DNA of 64,000 nt from Escherichia phage AV125: the sequence record OR352955.1; one strand, written 5' to 3'. The notes under the pieces are model-generated. The model was not told where the DNA came from, made no database searches, and was given only the letters and a program-made list of their open reading frames with translations. The translations under genes and the position numbers were made by a program. Position 1 is the first letter of the stretch; the number at the start of each line of letters is the position of its first letter. This document shows, piece after piece, positions 1 through 10,306 of this stretch.

Positions 1-1485
1 GTTACTGGGAATAGCGGCAAGTCTCGTCTGCTATTGCTGAAAGCTTTAAAATACGCCTACAAAGACCCTTTGTTTGGTGGAATACTTTTCCGTAAGAACA
101 CCACTGCTCACCGTAAACCAGGTGGTCTGTTTACAGAAGCAAAACGTTTGTATCTTCCTTTACAACCGCACGTAAAAGAAAGTACAATGGATATCATTTT
201 TGAAGCCACTGGCGGCGGAACCCTCAAATTTGACCATTTGGAAAACGATAACGTAACCGCAGAAACAAACCATCAGGGTACACAGTATTCAATGGTAGGT
301 TTTGACGAGTTAACCCACTTCACACAGTATGAAATGCTCTATCTTCTGGGACGTATGCGTTCAGAATCAGAAACAAGCTTCATGTTGTGCACATGTAACC
401 CCGATGCAGATAGTTGGGTTTTGAATTGGGTACTACCTTATCTCGATGAGGGCGGTTATCCTAGAGAAGATATGTGTGGTAAACAAAAATATTTCATCAT
501 TGTTAACGATGAACCTGTTTTTGCTGACACACCTGAAGAACTGAAAGAAAAATATCCAGAAAACTGTTTCATGGAAAACCCTAATACAGGGGAGACAGTT
601 GTTATTGAACCACAAACTTTCGTATTTATCGGTGGGACAATATTTGATAACCCAGAATTGATTAGGCTTAACCCTAATTATTTAGCACAGCTTAAATCAC
701 AAACAGCAATCAAAAGAGCACAACTCTTGGACGGCTGTTGGTTTGCACGTATACAGAAAGAGTCTTTCTTCCAACGTGAATGGTTGCATAAGATATCTTA
801 TAAAGATGTTCCTAATAATCTTAAACTAATGCGAGCATGGGATAAAGCTGTTTCAGTTCCTACAGAAACTTATCGTTATCCAGACTATACAACATCTGTC
901 AAAATGGGTAAAGACCAAGATGGTAATATCTACATCTTTGGTGACTATGATTATGATGCTGTGGATGAGAAAAGTAAAATTTTCGGAAGGTTTCGAAGAT
1001 TACCTGGGGAAAGGGATAACCTGATTCTAAATCAATGTAAGATTGATGGACCAGAAGTTACAGTAGTTCTTCCTAAAGACCCATCTGGTGCTGGGACAAT
1101 AGAATATACAGAGTCTGCAAAGAAACTTATTCTAGAGGGTTTTGTTGTTAAACCAGATGCTATGCCAGGCAACAAGAAAAAGCTTCAGCGTTTTATGCCT
1201 TTTAGTAGTGCGTGTCAAAACGGTTTTGTTTATATTGTTGAAGATTCTTTCCCTAATGTGGAAACTTTAACCCACTTTTATAAAGAATTGGAATCTTTCA
1301 ATGGTGAAAGATCTACAGCCACTATTAAAGATGACATTCCCGATGCTGCTGCTTCTTGTTTCAATACTCTGTCAAAAGAGAATACTTTCAAAGCAGTAGC
1401 TATCCCTGCAACAACAAATGCTCCTACAGGATACAGTAGAATGAACAGCGGATTTCACCAACCGTATAGTGTCCGTAAAAGATAA
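1..1485 (+). CDS. Terminase large subunit, 5' partial (reading frame open from window start)
   Basis: Frame 1 has no stop from position 1, so the track ORF at 34 is a truncation. P-loop-like GNSGKS at the window edge, Walker B-like MVGFDELTHF, CTCNP motif, C-terminal nuclease-like segment; sits directly upstream of the portal gene. Confidence 0.6.
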   Translation, partial: VTGNSGKSRLLLLKALKYAYKDPLFGGILFRKNTTAHRKPGGLFTEAKRLYLPLQPHVKESTMDIIFEATGGGTLKFDHLENDNVTAETNHQGTQYSMVGFDELTHFTQYEMLYLLGRMRSESETSFMLCTCNPDADSWVLNWVLPYLDEGGYPREDMCGKQKYFIIVNDEPVFADTPEELKEKYPENCFMENPNTGETVVIEPQTFVFIGGTIFDNPELIRLNPNYLAQLKSQTAIKRAQLLDGCWFARIQKESFFQREWLHKISYKDVPNNLKLMRAWDKAVSVPTETYRYPDYTTSVKMGKDQDGNIYIFGDYDYDAVDEKSKIFGRFRRLPGERDNLILNQCKIDGPEVTVVLPKDPSGAGTIEYTESAKKLILEGFVVKPDAMPGNKKKLQRFMPFSSACQNGFVYIVEDSFPNVETLTHFYKELESFNGERSTATIKDDIPDAAASCFNTLSKENTFKAVAIPATTNAPTGYSRMNSGFHQPYSVRKR

Positions 1486-1488
1486 TTG

Positions 1489-1517
1489 TTGACAAAAGTC
1501 ACTTTAAAGTGTATTAT
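1489..1517 (+). promoter_or_regulatory. sigma70-like promoter (TTGACA-17-TATTAT) upstream of portal gene
   Basis: -35 TTGACA at 1489-1494, 17-nt spacer, -10 TATTAT at 1512-1517, in the intergenic gap after the terminase stop. Confidence 0.5.
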
Positions 1518-1586
1518 AACTAGATAGGTGAGGTTGTATATAATACAGCCTTGCCTTAACGATTTTATACCTGACTGGAGGAACAA

Positions 1587-3152
1587 GTGTCAACAGGAAA
1601 AAGAACGTACACTAAAAAGTCAGAATACTGGGACAAAGGTGCTGCAAATAAAGCTGCTCTCTCTCCAACAAAAGAGGCAGAGAAAGAGAAAACGTTACTC
1701 CTGTCACCTGAAATAGGAACGATCGGATTAAACTCAATCAAAGCATTTACGAATTTCATGCAACCTTATGAGACTCGTTTCCCAGAATGTATTCGCACTT
1801 TTAAAGAGATGGGTGAAGACCCTGATGTAGCTACTGCTCTTGACGCTACATATATCTTTGTAGATAGAGCATTCTTTGATTTCAAGATAAAATACAATGT
1901 AAACTCGGCAAAGTCAAGAAAAGCTGCTAAGTTTATTGATTACATGTTACGCAATATGCAAGCCCCTCTACGTCAATATGTTAGATCACTTTTGACATAT
2001 AAGCAATATGGTTTTGCATTCGCAGAGAAAGTTTATGAGTTGGATGAAGATCCTAAAAGTCCTTACTTTGGGTATTGGCGATTGACCAAACTGGCTTTTA
2101 GACCACAAGACACTCTTCACATGGCTCAACCTTTTACATATTCGGCAGACGGACGTTCTATTCTATCTGTTAACCAGAATATCACCAATACGATGTTAGC
2201 TCCAGGTAATACAACTTTAGAAACTGGTATTAAAGAAATTCCTTTCAGTAAAGTTTTATTTGTTGGTAGCAACATTACAGAGAATAACCCACTAGGAGTT
2301 AGTCCGCTTTTAGCTGTATATCGTAGCTGGCGTGAAAAATCTCTTATTCAGGAATTTGAGGTTATTGGGGTATCTAAAGATTTAGGTGGTATGCCAGTTC
2401 TTAAGGTTCCAAGTGACATTCTAAACAGAGCATCTTTAGATCCTGCTGGGGATGAAGCACAATCTCTTCGAGTTCTCCAAGCCAACATCGCTAACCTGCA
2501 CTCTGGTGAGCAAGCCTACATGGTATTGCCTTCAGACGTTTATGAAGGCACAGTGATGCGTCAATACGATCTTGTATTCCAAGGTGTTGATGGCACGGGT
2601 AAACAGTTTGACACTCAAGCACTAATCAAACAACGCAAGCTAGATATTTATAACCGCTTTGGTGCGGGTGTGTTGATTATGGGTGATGGTGATGCAGGAA
2701 GTTTTGCGCTTTCTGACAACAAACAAACACTATTGTCTCATTTTATTGAGCGAGATGTAGATATTGTTGTAGAAGCTATAAACTCTCAACTGATCCCTCA
2801 AACACTACGACTAAACAATATCTTCCTTTCTGATGAAGATATGCCTAAGTTTGTCAGTGGTGAAATGGGTGATCCTGATATTGAAGTAAATGCTAAAGCT
2901 ATTCAGCAGTTGGTAGCCTCTGGTGCAATACCTTTAACCCCAGAAGTTATTAACGAGTTCCTTGAAAAAATTGGTTTTGAATATCGTATCCCTGACGATA
3001 TTGTTGCCAATAAAGAGAAATTCTTTGAATTCATGGATAACTATATGCCTGACAAAACTTCACGATCAGGAGATGGTTTAGCTACAGCGGGAACTGGAAC
3101 GTCTGATACTGTTTCTGCTTTAGATCCTTCAGCACAAAACCTGTCGAATTAA
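1587..3152 (+). CDS. Portal protein (putative)
   Basis: 521-aa ORF immediately after terminase; GTG start with GGAGG RBS; acidic C-terminus; position and size typical of portals. Confidence 0.5.
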   Translation: MSTGKRTYTKKSEYWDKGAANKAALSPTKEAEKEKTLLLSPEIGTIGLNSIKAFTNFMQPYETRFPECIRTFKEMGEDPDVATALDATYIFVDRAFFDFKIKYNVNSAKSRKAAKFIDYMLRNMQAPLRQYVRSLLTYKQYGFAFAEKVYELDEDPKSPYFGYWRLTKLAFRPQDTLHMAQPFTYSADGRSILSVNQNITNTMLAPGNTTLETGIKEIPFSKVLFVGSNITENNPLGVSPLLAVYRSWREKSLIQEFEVIGVSKDLGGMPVLKVPSDILNRASLDPAGDEAQSLRVLQANIANLHSGEQAYMVLPSDVYEGTVMRQYDLVFQGVDGTGKQFDTQALIKQRKLDIYNRFGAGVLIMGDGDAGSFALSDNKQTLLSHFIERDVDIVVEAINSQLIPQTLRLNNIFLSDEDMPKFVSGEMGDPDIEVNAKAIQQLVASGAIPLTPEVINEFLEKIGFEYRIPDDIVANKEKFFEFMDNYMPDKTSRSGDGLATAGTGTSDTVSALDPSAQNLSN

Positions 3153-3180
3153 AAATATTTAATATTTTTTAATTTTTCTA

Positions 3181-3209
3181 TTGACAAAACAACAAATATC
3201 CTGTAGACT
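3181..3209 (+). promoter_or_regulatory. sigma70-like promoter (TTGACA-17-TAGACT) with AT-rich upstream element
   Basis: -35 TTGACA 3181-3186, 17-nt spacer, -10 TAGACT 3204-3209; AT-rich run 3150-3180; followed by RBS and ATG at 3246. Confidence 0.45.
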
Positions 3210-3245
3210 AAGATTTATGGGATATCTGTTTTTAAGAGGTTTCAA

Positions 3246-3725
3246 ATGGAACTCAATAAAGATACACTGTGGGAACTCTTCAAAACCTTCGCTGGTTTTA
3301 AAGAGAATTCTGAATCCCAACAAGATTCTATACCATCTCAAAAACCTGAAACTCTAGTCAAACAAAATAAATTTGATGAAGAAAAGATGCAGGTTATTGA
3401 GGTCTTGTATTGTCCACCTGAAGAAGACGATCTCCACGGAGAGCGCATGTCTGATTTGGAAATCAGGAAGATGGTTGACAACTTCAATGAGAATATTACC
3501 AACATTAGTGGTAATCTTGGTCACATGAAGAACACCGATAAGTTTTCTCCAATTAAAGCTTGGGTAAATGAAGTCGATTGTTACATTGGTGACGAACTCG
3601 TTGTGGAAGGAACTCCCCTCGTTAAAATCCAATTCAACGACCCTGAATTATATCAAGCTCGTAAAGACGGCGTTCTTAAAGGTTTGAGTATAGGCGCAAT
3701 GGGCGTTAAAGTCAAGAAGGACTAA
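3246..3725 (+). CDS. Head morphogenesis protein (unassigned; possible prohead protease or assembly factor)
   Basis: 159-aa ORF between portal and scaffold-like gene; good RBS; no diagnostic motif recognised. Confidence 0.3.
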   Translation: MELNKDTLWELFKTFAGFKENSESQQDSIPSQKPETLVKQNKFDEEKMQVIEVLYCPPEEDDLHGERMSDLEIRKMVDNFNENITNISGNLGHMKNTDKFSPIKAWVNEVDCYIGDELVVEGTPLVKIQFNDPELYQARKDGVLKGLSIGAMGVKVKKD

Positions 3726-3727
3726 TC

Positions 3728-4843
3728 GTGGCAAATACATATTTAACTAACGTAGACTTTTCTGGAAAAGCTACGGAAGAGTCACTAGGTGCTCATATTG
3801 CTTACACTTTTGATTTTCAAGGTGGAGCGGCATCTGGTTATAATACCCCCCTTTTATTTAAGTCAGACGGATCTCCAGACATAACTTTTGAAAAGTTAGA
3901 AGCTCTCACTAAAATGGGAGAAGATGTTACAGAGTTACGTAAAAGCTATATTCAACAAGTGATGGATCGCATTTCTGAAAAAGTGCGTGAAAAATTTGAA
4001 GCTGGTTGGGATTGGGTTTACGTTATTGATGCTGACTTCGATGCGAACGTTGCAATTTTCTGTTCAGATAACGGTATGTTCTCTGTTGGCTTTAAAGTTG
4101 ACGGACTGAATGTTGAAGTTGAAGAGGTTGCTAAACCTGTTGTTCGTGTTACTGATTATCAAGTTGTTGATGGTGATGTAATGATCTCCATTGATTTCTT
4201 TGAGGACGTTTTAGACGATGCTTTGAGTAATCTCGTTAAGAGTTCCTTGAAACAAAGTCAAGTTAAAGATTATTTAGTGAAAGCTCACGCTAAAGCTAAT
4301 ACAAACTCTGTGGATGCAGAGGCTAACCCCGCAGGTGATAAATCTGCAAACACAACTGGAATCAATAAAGGAGAAACCCCTTTGGAAAATATCAACAAAG
4401 AAGAATTCCTGAAATCTGCTGAATTCCAAGAACTGATGAAAGCACAGATCGCTGAAGCTGTAGAAAAAGCAGCCGCAGATGCACGTGCAGCCGCAGAACT
4501 TGAAGCACAGGAAAAAATCGCTAAGGCAGAACAGGAAGCAGAAGAACTTCGTAAAGCTGAACAAGCTCGTATCGAAGAAGAATATACAACTGTTGTTAAA
4601 TCCTATTCTTTCGTAGAAGAAGACAAAGTTGAAGCTCTCGTTAAATATCTGGTAGACAATAAAGATATCGCTGAAACTATCGTCAAAGCATTCGAAAAAG
4701 CACGTGCAGAAGTGGACGCAGTTAAGAAAGAATTTGGAACAGAACGTGGTGTTGATGTGATCAATACTCAACCTGTAGCTAAATCTTCTTCTGAACTGAT
4801 TAGTCAGAAAGCTGCTGAACTTAAAAAAGCCCAGAAACAATAA
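3728..4843 (+). CDS. Scaffolding protein-like (C-terminal Ala/Glu/Lys-rich coiled coil)
   Basis: GTG start; C-terminal half is a heptad-like acidic/basic helix (AEAVEKAAADARAAAELEAQEKIAKAEQEAEELRKAEQ); sits between portal and capsid genes. Confidence 0.45.
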   Translation: MANTYLTNVDFSGKATEESLGAHIAYTFDFQGGAASGYNTPLLFKSDGSPDITFEKLEALTKMGEDVTELRKSYIQQVMDRISEKVREKFEAGWDWVYVIDADFDANVAIFCSDNGMFSVGFKVDGLNVEVEEVAKPVVRVTDYQVVDGDVMISIDFFEDVLDDALSNLVKSSLKQSQVKDYLVKAHAKANTNSVDAEANPAGDKSANTTGINKGETPLENINKEEFLKSAEFQELMKAQIAEAVEKAAADARAAAELEAQEKIAKAEQEAEELRKAEQARIEEEYTTVVKSYSFVEEDKVEALVKYLVDNKDIAETIVKAFEKARAEVDAVKKEFGTERGVDVINTQPVAKSSSELISQKAAELKKAQKQ

Positions 4844-4862
4844 TCTTAGGAGATTAAATTAA

Positions 4863-5261
4863 ATGGCTAAAGGAATTACTTTATCTAACTCTCGCCAGGA
4901 ATTCGGACACCTGGTTCTGGGTGGAGTGTTTAGCTCTGACCTTGGACACTGTGTACGTGAAGTTAACCTGGTTAAAACAGCAACCATGAAAATTGGTTCT
5001 ATCCTGAAAGCTGACAACACTGAAGCTGCTAAAGCTGAAGCTGCCGATGCTGCTAAAGTTCTGATTTGGACTGATGCTCTGTTCGGTATTGACGATGTAG
5101 CAGTAGGTGACACTTTCACCGCAGTTGTTGGCGTACGTGATCTTACTCTGAACCGCTTTGCAGTATACTACAAAGATGGCTCCCTGGTAGATGACGCTGG
5201 CGTAGCAGCACTGGAAACACATGATCTGAAACTGACCGAAAAAGTCGTTTTCACTTCTTAA
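4863..5261 (+). CDS. Head decoration protein-like
   Basis: 132-aa ORF immediately upstream of the major capsid gene with a strong RBS (TAGGAGA); size and position as for decoration proteins paired with E-type capsid proteins. Confidence 0.4.
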   Translation: MAKGITLSNSRQEFGHLVLGGVFSSDLGHCVREVNLVKTATMKIGSILKADNTEAAKAEAADAAKVLIWTDALFGIDDVAVGDTFTAVVGVRDLTLNRFAVYYKDGSLVDDAGVAALETHDLKLTEKVVFTS

Positions 5262-5282
5262 TTTTAATAGGAGATTAATATA

Positions 5283-6284
5283 ATGCCAGCAGTAATTTTA
5301 GATCAGGTTGTAGATTTCAGCCCTATGATCGAACTTCAGGATTCCCCTGATACACTGATTGCCAGCCTGAATCTGTTCAGTGTTGACTATCATTCAACTA
5401 CCGCTATTGAAATCGGTAAAGAAAAAGCTGAAGATGCTCTGATCTCCGCTCGTGAGCGTGGTGGTGAGCGTAACTTCCTGACCATGAAAAATCCAGAACT
5501 GAAAGCGTTCCGCATTCCGTTCTTCCCTCTGGATAAAAACATCAAAGCTCAAGATATTCAATCTTTCCGTAGCTTTGCAATGGCAGGAATCAATGACTCT
5601 CTGCGCACAGACGCTGAAGTTGTTAACCGCTATATGTCCCAGATTCTGCGTGACGTAGCAAAAACCAAAGAAAAAATCTTTGCAGAAGCAGTTATGGGTC
5701 GTGCCTATAACGGCGTAGGTGGTGCAGCTAACTCTGCATACAACTGGTATACCGAATGGGGTGCTACCCAGAAATCTGTTGCTGTAGACTTTGCTTCTAC
5801 CACTGTTTCTCCAGCAGCCACTATCGAGCAAGAAGCTCGTGCTTACATCATCGATACTAAACAAGATGGCTCTACCGCTACTCGTATCGTAGCTCTGTGT
5901 TCTCGTGAATTTTTCGCATCTCTGGTTAACTCTCCATTTGTTCGCCAGGCGTATCAGTATTTCCAGGGAACTCCTAACCTTCTGCGTGACCGCCTTAGCG
6001 GTAACATGGATGTTCAGGTGTTCGAATGGAACGGTGTAACTTACATTGAAGATATCCACGGTAACATTCCTGCTGGTGAAGCATATGTTCTGCCTATGGG
6101 TATCGAAGGTATGTTCCAGGCGCACTACGCTCCTGCGGATACTCCAGAACTGGCTAACACCCAGGCTCGTGAACTGTATACCTTCATGATCAGCCAGCAC
6201 CGCACTATTCAGCTTCAGTCTGAATTCTCGCTGCTCGCAGTTAACACCCGTCCAGAACTGGTAGTTAAACTGACTACGGCTTAA
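5283..6284 (+). CDS. Major capsid protein
   Basis: 333-aa ORF with strong RBS (TAGGAGAT), followed by a strong terminator; position after scaffold and decoration genes; size typical of E-type capsid proteins. Confidence 0.6.
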   Translation: MPAVILDQVVDFSPMIELQDSPDTLIASLNLFSVDYHSTTAIEIGKEKAEDALISARERGGERNFLTMKNPELKAFRIPFFPLDKNIKAQDIQSFRSFAMAGINDSLRTDAEVVNRYMSQILRDVAKTKEKIFAEAVMGRAYNGVGGAANSAYNWYTEWGATQKSVAVDFASTTVSPAATIEQEARAYIIDTKQDGSTATRIVALCSREFFASLVNSPFVRQAYQYFQGTPNLLRDRLSGNMDVQVFEWNGVTYIEDIHGNIPAGEAYVLPMGIEGMFQAHYAPADTPELANTQARELYTFMISQHRTIQLQSEFSLLAVNTRPELVVKLTTA

Positions 6285-6304
6285 TAGAACTCTGTTAAGA
6301 TTAG

Positions 6305-6338
6305 AGGCTCGTCCGTGATGGGCGAGCCTTTTCTGTTT
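6305..6338 (+). terminator. Rho-independent terminator after major capsid gene
   Basis: Stem AGGCTCG (6305-6311) / CGAGCCT (6323-6329) followed by a T-rich tract TTTCTGTTT. Confidence 0.6.
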
Positions 6339-6368
6339 ACAATAAGAGTTTACAACGAGGAGATTGAT

Positions 6369-6713
6369 ATGTCAAACCCAGAATTGAAACGTTACTTTAG
6401 TTATCACGAAATGATTCGTGATTTCGAATCGCTTTCACCACTGATCGATGCTGATAAAACATTAGTATCTGCGCCACCAATGTCTTTCTATCTGAAAGAT
6501 GGTCGTATTGCATTAGGTGGAAACTTCATTCACTTCCTCACGCGTTTGAGAGAAGAAACAGGTATTCTTGTGCATCCTTTTGCAAGTGAAGAACACATGG
6601 GTTACTATCTTGTAAGTTACGAAGACTATGCACCTGTAAAAATCAAAGAAGAAGTTTTAAAAGTAGAAGCGGTAGACACTCCAGCTAAAAAACGTTCCCT
6701 TCGTAAAAAATAA
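6369..6713 (+). CDS. Hypothetical head/neck protein
   Basis: Track ORF 6315-6713 trimmed to the ATG at 6369 preceded by AGGAG; the upstream part of the track ORF overlaps the terminator hairpin. Confidence 0.35.
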   Translation: MSNPELKRYFSYHEMIRDFESLSPLIDADKTLVSAPPMSFYLKDGRIALGGNFIHFLTRLREETGILVHPFASEEHMGYYLVSYEDYAPVKIKEEVLKVEAVDTPAKKRSLRKK

Positions 6714-6722
6714 GGTGGGCTT

Positions 6723-7271
6723 ATGCTGAATGCGGTAGAGTTGGCACCACTGATCCGAATTCTTGTTTATAACCCTTCTCAAGAAGTATTGCCAGATGCA
6801 ATGCTGATTCAGATCATCCAAACTTGGATTGATATTATAGGGAATGAAGATAGGGATAAGTGTGCAGTATTGTGGAACAGCTTGATTTCTGTTTTAGAGT
6901 ATCTATGGAACAACGATGTTCTTAACAACAGTACTCAAACAGGAGGAGCTATGTCCCGCAGAGAAAAGATGGGTGAAGTCGAAGTTGAAGTTAAATTTAA
7001 CAACGGTCAAGTAACTTATAAGTCTCCGTGGGAAGATATCTATCATAACTATTTAAATGGTCTTATGGTCATTCCTGGGTGCACGGCAGGACGAGGAGCA
7101 ACCAGCAAAGTTCTTATTGGCGGTGTGGATGCTCGTGAGATTGATCGAGTAAACAGCGATCCTAACTCTGTGAATGGTCTTGGTAATGTTGCAAGTGTTG
7201 ATCGTAATACCCGCAACGTTAATTATTTGCGAAATTACGGACCTGTTTCTTTTTATCGTAGGGACAAATAA
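6723..7271 (+). CDS. Hypothetical head-tail connector/neck protein
   Basis: 182-aa ORF in the neck module; RBS AAGGTGGG. Confidence 0.3.
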   Translation: MLNAVELAPLIRILVYNPSQEVLPDAMLIQIIQTWIDIIGNEDRDKCAVLWNSLISVLEYLWNNDVLNNSTQTGGAMSRREKMGEVEVEVKFNNGQVTYKSPWEDIYHNYLNGLMVIPGCTAGRGATSKVLIGGVDAREIDRVNSDPNSVNGLGNVASVDRNTRNVNYLRNYGPVSFYRRDK

Positions 7272-7759
7272 TGGAAAGTGAGATCTTACCAGGTGACGAT
7301 ACAGATTGGGAAACCATTATCAAAAAGATGATGGACCTTGAACAAGTTCAAATCGAAGCTGGTTTTTTAACAAACAAAAGGCATCCTGAATCAGATCTCA
7401 CTATTCCTGCAATAGCAGCTATTCAACAATATGGTAATGAAACAAATAACATACCTGCTCGCCCTTTTATAACAGATGGTGCTGTTATCTCACAGAAAGA
7501 TATCGCTAAAAAGATGAAGCAGGTGTTTGCAAATTACCTAATGAATAATGTCGGGTTAGCTGTTTTTGAGCCTATAGCGAGAGCCTCTAGAGAAGGAATA
7601 GCTCAAGCGATTGCAATGCAACGTTATCGTCCTTTATCTCCTGTGACAATTAAGATACGACAAGATAAAGGCAACTATTCTAATCATATCTTAATAGATA
7701 CGGCACACATGATAAATGCAATCGAAACAAAAATCACAAAAAGCAAGTCTAAAAAATAA
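7271..7759 (+). CDS. Hypothetical head-tail joining protein
   Basis: 162-aa ORF with start overlapping the upstream stop (translational coupling). Confidence 0.3.
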   Translation: MESEILPGDDTDWETIIKKMMDLEQVQIEAGFLTNKRHPESDLTIPAIAAIQQYGNETNNIPARPFITDGAVISQKDIAKKMKQVFANYLMNNVGLAVFEPIARASREGIAQAIAMQRYRPLSPVTIKIRQDKGNYSNHILIDTAHMINAIETKITKSKSKK

Positions 7760-7760
7760 C

Positions 7761-7789
7761 TTGCATAAACTTTGTTTTTGATGTATACT
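7761..7789 (+). promoter_or_regulatory. sigma70-like promoter (TTGCAT-17-TATACT)
   Basis: -35 TTGCAT 7761-7766, 17-nt spacer, -10 TATACT 7784-7789, in the intergenic gap before the next gene. Confidence 0.45.
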
Positions 7790-7804
7790 AAAAAGGAGAT
7801 ACAA

Positions 7805-8221
7805 GTGTTACTAGATCAATTTACTCTCCTTGATCTAACTGAATACCAAGGTCGTAGACGAGTCTACAAAGAGGCAGTTGGTTCAGTTATTGCTAACTTA
7901 GAAAGTAGTGTAGAGTATGAACCATTTACTATCGAAGCAGCAAGCTTACAACCGATATCTGGTAAAACACTGAATGCACTACCTGAAGGTTACAGATCTA
8001 AGGCTCAATATAGTTTCTGGACTAAAACAGAAATGAAGGGGTTACAACAAGGAACAGAACAGTTATCAGATCAGATATTGATAGATGGTAAATGGTATTC
8101 TGTTTATTCCCTTAAAGATTGGACCAGAACATCTTTCTTAGTCCATCATCACTGTGTTGCAATATTAGACGATCAAAACAACTCCTGGTCTTATGGAACA
8201 GAAGGAGGAAACTTTGGCTAA
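7805..8221 (+). CDS. Hypothetical neck/tail completion protein
   Basis: Track ORF 7772-8221 trimmed to the GTG at 7805, which lies 6 nt after an AAGGAG RBS and downstream of the promoter. Confidence 0.3.
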   Translation: MLLDQFTLLDLTEYQGRRRVYKEAVGSVIANLESSVEYEPFTIEAASLQPISGKTLNALPEGYRSKAQYSFWTKTEMKGLQQGTEQLSDQILIDGKWYSVYSLKDWTRTSFLVHHHCVAILDDQNNSWSYGTEGGNFG

Positions 8222-8852
8222 TATTTACCAACAAATAGAAGCATACGAAAATGCCATCTACTTAAATATAGGTGGCTTCCTTCAAGAATTAGTGGGGTTG
8301 CCAGTCTATGTTATGGATAAGCCATTCATTAAACCGGATACTCCTTACCTAGCACTACGTATTATCACTTCCAGCGATTCTGGAGGTTGGTCTTACCGAA
8401 GTTCTATTCAAAATGATATGTATTCCTACGAGATGGATAATACCTACGAGATTGAACTTGTAGCCTATCGTGGAAGACCTACCACTTTGATGAGCTATGT
8501 TCTGGCTGCTCTCCGTGGTGCAGAGGAATTAAAATACAAACATCTCTATTCTAAAGGTCTTGGTTTTTTAGGAGCCTCTAATATAGCTCAAGCCAATACA
8601 ATTGTAGACGGAGATAAGACTGAATTAAGAGCGCGTATGGTTATGACGTTCAACACTCGCATGAGTATTGAAGATATTGCTACTACACCAATAGAAGCAA
8701 TCAACATGCACATCCGTTCATTCAGAGATAGTTACAATGATCCTATCCCTTTAGATTTAATTCTAAACAGGGTTTATGCAATTACTTTGGTTCCAGGCGA
8801 ATACTCGTCAGTTAATCAAAATGGATCATTATTTAACAACCCTACCGAATAA
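8193..8852 (+). CDS. Hypothetical neck/tail protein
   Basis: 219-aa ORF; the ATG at 8193 has no RBS, whereas a TTG at 8214 lies 5 nt after AGGAGG, so the true start may be 8214. Confidence 0.3.
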   Translation: MEQKEETLANIYQQIEAYENAIYLNIGGFLQELVGLPVYVMDKPFIKPDTPYLALRIITSSDSGGWSYRSSIQNDMYSYEMDNTYEIELVAYRGRPTTLMSYVLAALRGAEELKYKHLYSKGLGFLGASNIAQANTIVDGDKTELRARMVMTFNTRMSIEDIATTPIEAINMHIRSFRDSYNDPIPLDLILNRVYAITLVPGEYSSVNQNGSLFNNPTE

Positions 8853-8886
8853 ACTCATTGGAATTAAGTTTCTAACAGGAGCATAA

Positions 8887-10260
8887 ATGGCAACTTTTCG
8901 TGAAAAGGTAGCAACCGTAACTTTACTGTATGGTGCTACATCAATTCGTGAAACCCAGTTCGATATTCCCCTGATCCTTACAGGTCAGAACGTAACTGGC
9001 GAAGCGATTCAATATTACTCTTCTTCCGATGCACTTTTGGAAGCAGGTTATGGATTAAATGATCCAGCGTATATTATGGCAGTCAAACTGTTTAACGGTT
9101 TGTTCCCACCAGATCAAGTTATGGTTGGTAAGCGTGAAGTTACAAACTTTACTCTAACTCCAATCGTAGAAGATAGTGCAACTTACACAATTACCATCAA
9201 AAATGGTACCAAGAAAAAAGAATTTAAATTCATTGCTGATGACACTGCAACTGCACAAGAGATTGTAGTTGGTCTGACTGAAATGATCAATGCAGATCTT
9301 GTTTATGGCCCACTGTTTACAGTAGCTAACAACGGCGCTGCAATGACTTTCACTCCAGTAGAAGGTAAGTTTGGTTCTATTGACAGCACAGGTTTCACTC
9401 AAGAAACTGTCTATGCTAATGCTATTACGGAAGATATTGCTGCTCTGCATGATATTGATAGTAGCTGGTTCTGGACCCTTTCAGATTCCCATGAAACAGA
9501 AGATATTCTAGCTTTGGCTGCATGGGTAGAAGAGAATGATAAAGTTTACTTCTTCTCTAGTTCTGAACCTGGAATTAAAACGAAAGCAGAAGATAACGTT
9601 CTGGAACGACTGAATGATCTCGGTTATAATAACACTTGCTTTGCATTGTGGATGACCGATGCAGATTCTGTATTCCCAGAAGCAGCAGTTGTTGGTGCTA
9701 TCTGTTCTCGTCAACCTGGTTTAACTACCCTTCACGGTAAAACACTGGTAGGTGTAGAGATCGAGAAACTGGATCAGACTTCGGAAAACAATATTGTTCA
9801 ACAGAACGGTAACATCTATCGTAAAGAGCATGGAACTCTGTTCTATCGTGATGGATTGATGGTTAGCGGTTTCTTTGTTGACTATGTTGTTCATGCTTTG
9901 TGGTTTAAAGCTCGCACAGAAGAATCACTGTTTACACTGTTTAAACAACAGTCTATGCTGGGTGGTGGTGTTCGTGCTACTTCAAACGGTCTAGCTTTGA
10001 TTCGACAAGCTGTTCTGGCTAACCCGATCCAAGTAGGTATCCTCAACGGTTCCATCGCTAATGAAGTTGTTACTTCTGAAGAGACTGGTTTGCGTGTCGA
10101 TCTGAAACCTATTGTTTATATTCCTTCTCGTGCCGATATGACCGATGCGCAAATCAATGCTCGTCTGGTTGATGGGATGAAGATTGAATATGTTTACGCT
10201 GGCTTCTTCCATTACGTTAAAGTTCAGGTCAACGTCCTGACTAACCGTACTGCAAACTAA
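8887..10260 (+). CDS. Tail sheath protein (putative)
   Basis: 457-aa ORF immediately upstream of the tube-like gene, chaperone pair and tape measure; followed by a strong terminator; RBS AGGAGCA. Confidence 0.5.
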   Translation: MATFREKVATVTLLYGATSIRETQFDIPLILTGQNVTGEAIQYYSSSDALLEAGYGLNDPAYIMAVKLFNGLFPPDQVMVGKREVTNFTLTPIVEDSATYTITIKNGTKKKEFKFIADDTATAQEIVVGLTEMINADLVYGPLFTVANNGAAMTFTPVEGKFGSIDSTGFTQETVYANAITEDIAALHDIDSSWFWTLSDSHETEDILALAAWVEENDKVYFFSSSEPGIKTKAEDNVLERLNDLGYNNTCFALWMTDADSVFPEAAVVGAICSRQPGLTTLHGKTLVGVEIEKLDQTSENNIVQQNGNIYRKEHGTLFYRDGLMVSGFFVDYVVHALWFKARTEESLFTLFKQQSMLGGGVRATSNGLALIRQAVLANPIQVGILNGSIANEVVTSEETGLRVDLKPIVYIPSRADMTDAQINARLVDGMKIEYVYAGFFHYVKVQVNVLTNRTAN

Positions 10261-10265
10261 TACGG

Positions 10266-10290
10266 CGGGGGTTAAGCCCCCGTTATCAAA
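10266..10290 (+). terminator. Rho-independent terminator after sheath gene
   Basis: Stem CGGGGG / CCCCCG (10266-10282) with loop TTAAG, then TTATCAAAAT. Confidence 0.5.
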
Positions 10291-10306
10291 ATAAAGAGGA
10301 TCTATA

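Noticed and set aside
4274-4840. 188-aa minus-strand ORF inside the scaffold-like gene
   Set aside because: It lies antisense to a strongly supported plus-strand gene; the Cys/Phe-rich low-complexity translation is the mirror of the Glu/Ala/Lys-rich coding strand; no RBS.
5394-6200. 268-aa minus-strand ORF inside the major capsid gene
   Set aside because: Shadow ORF antisense to the capsid gene, which has a strong RBS and terminator; no independent signals.
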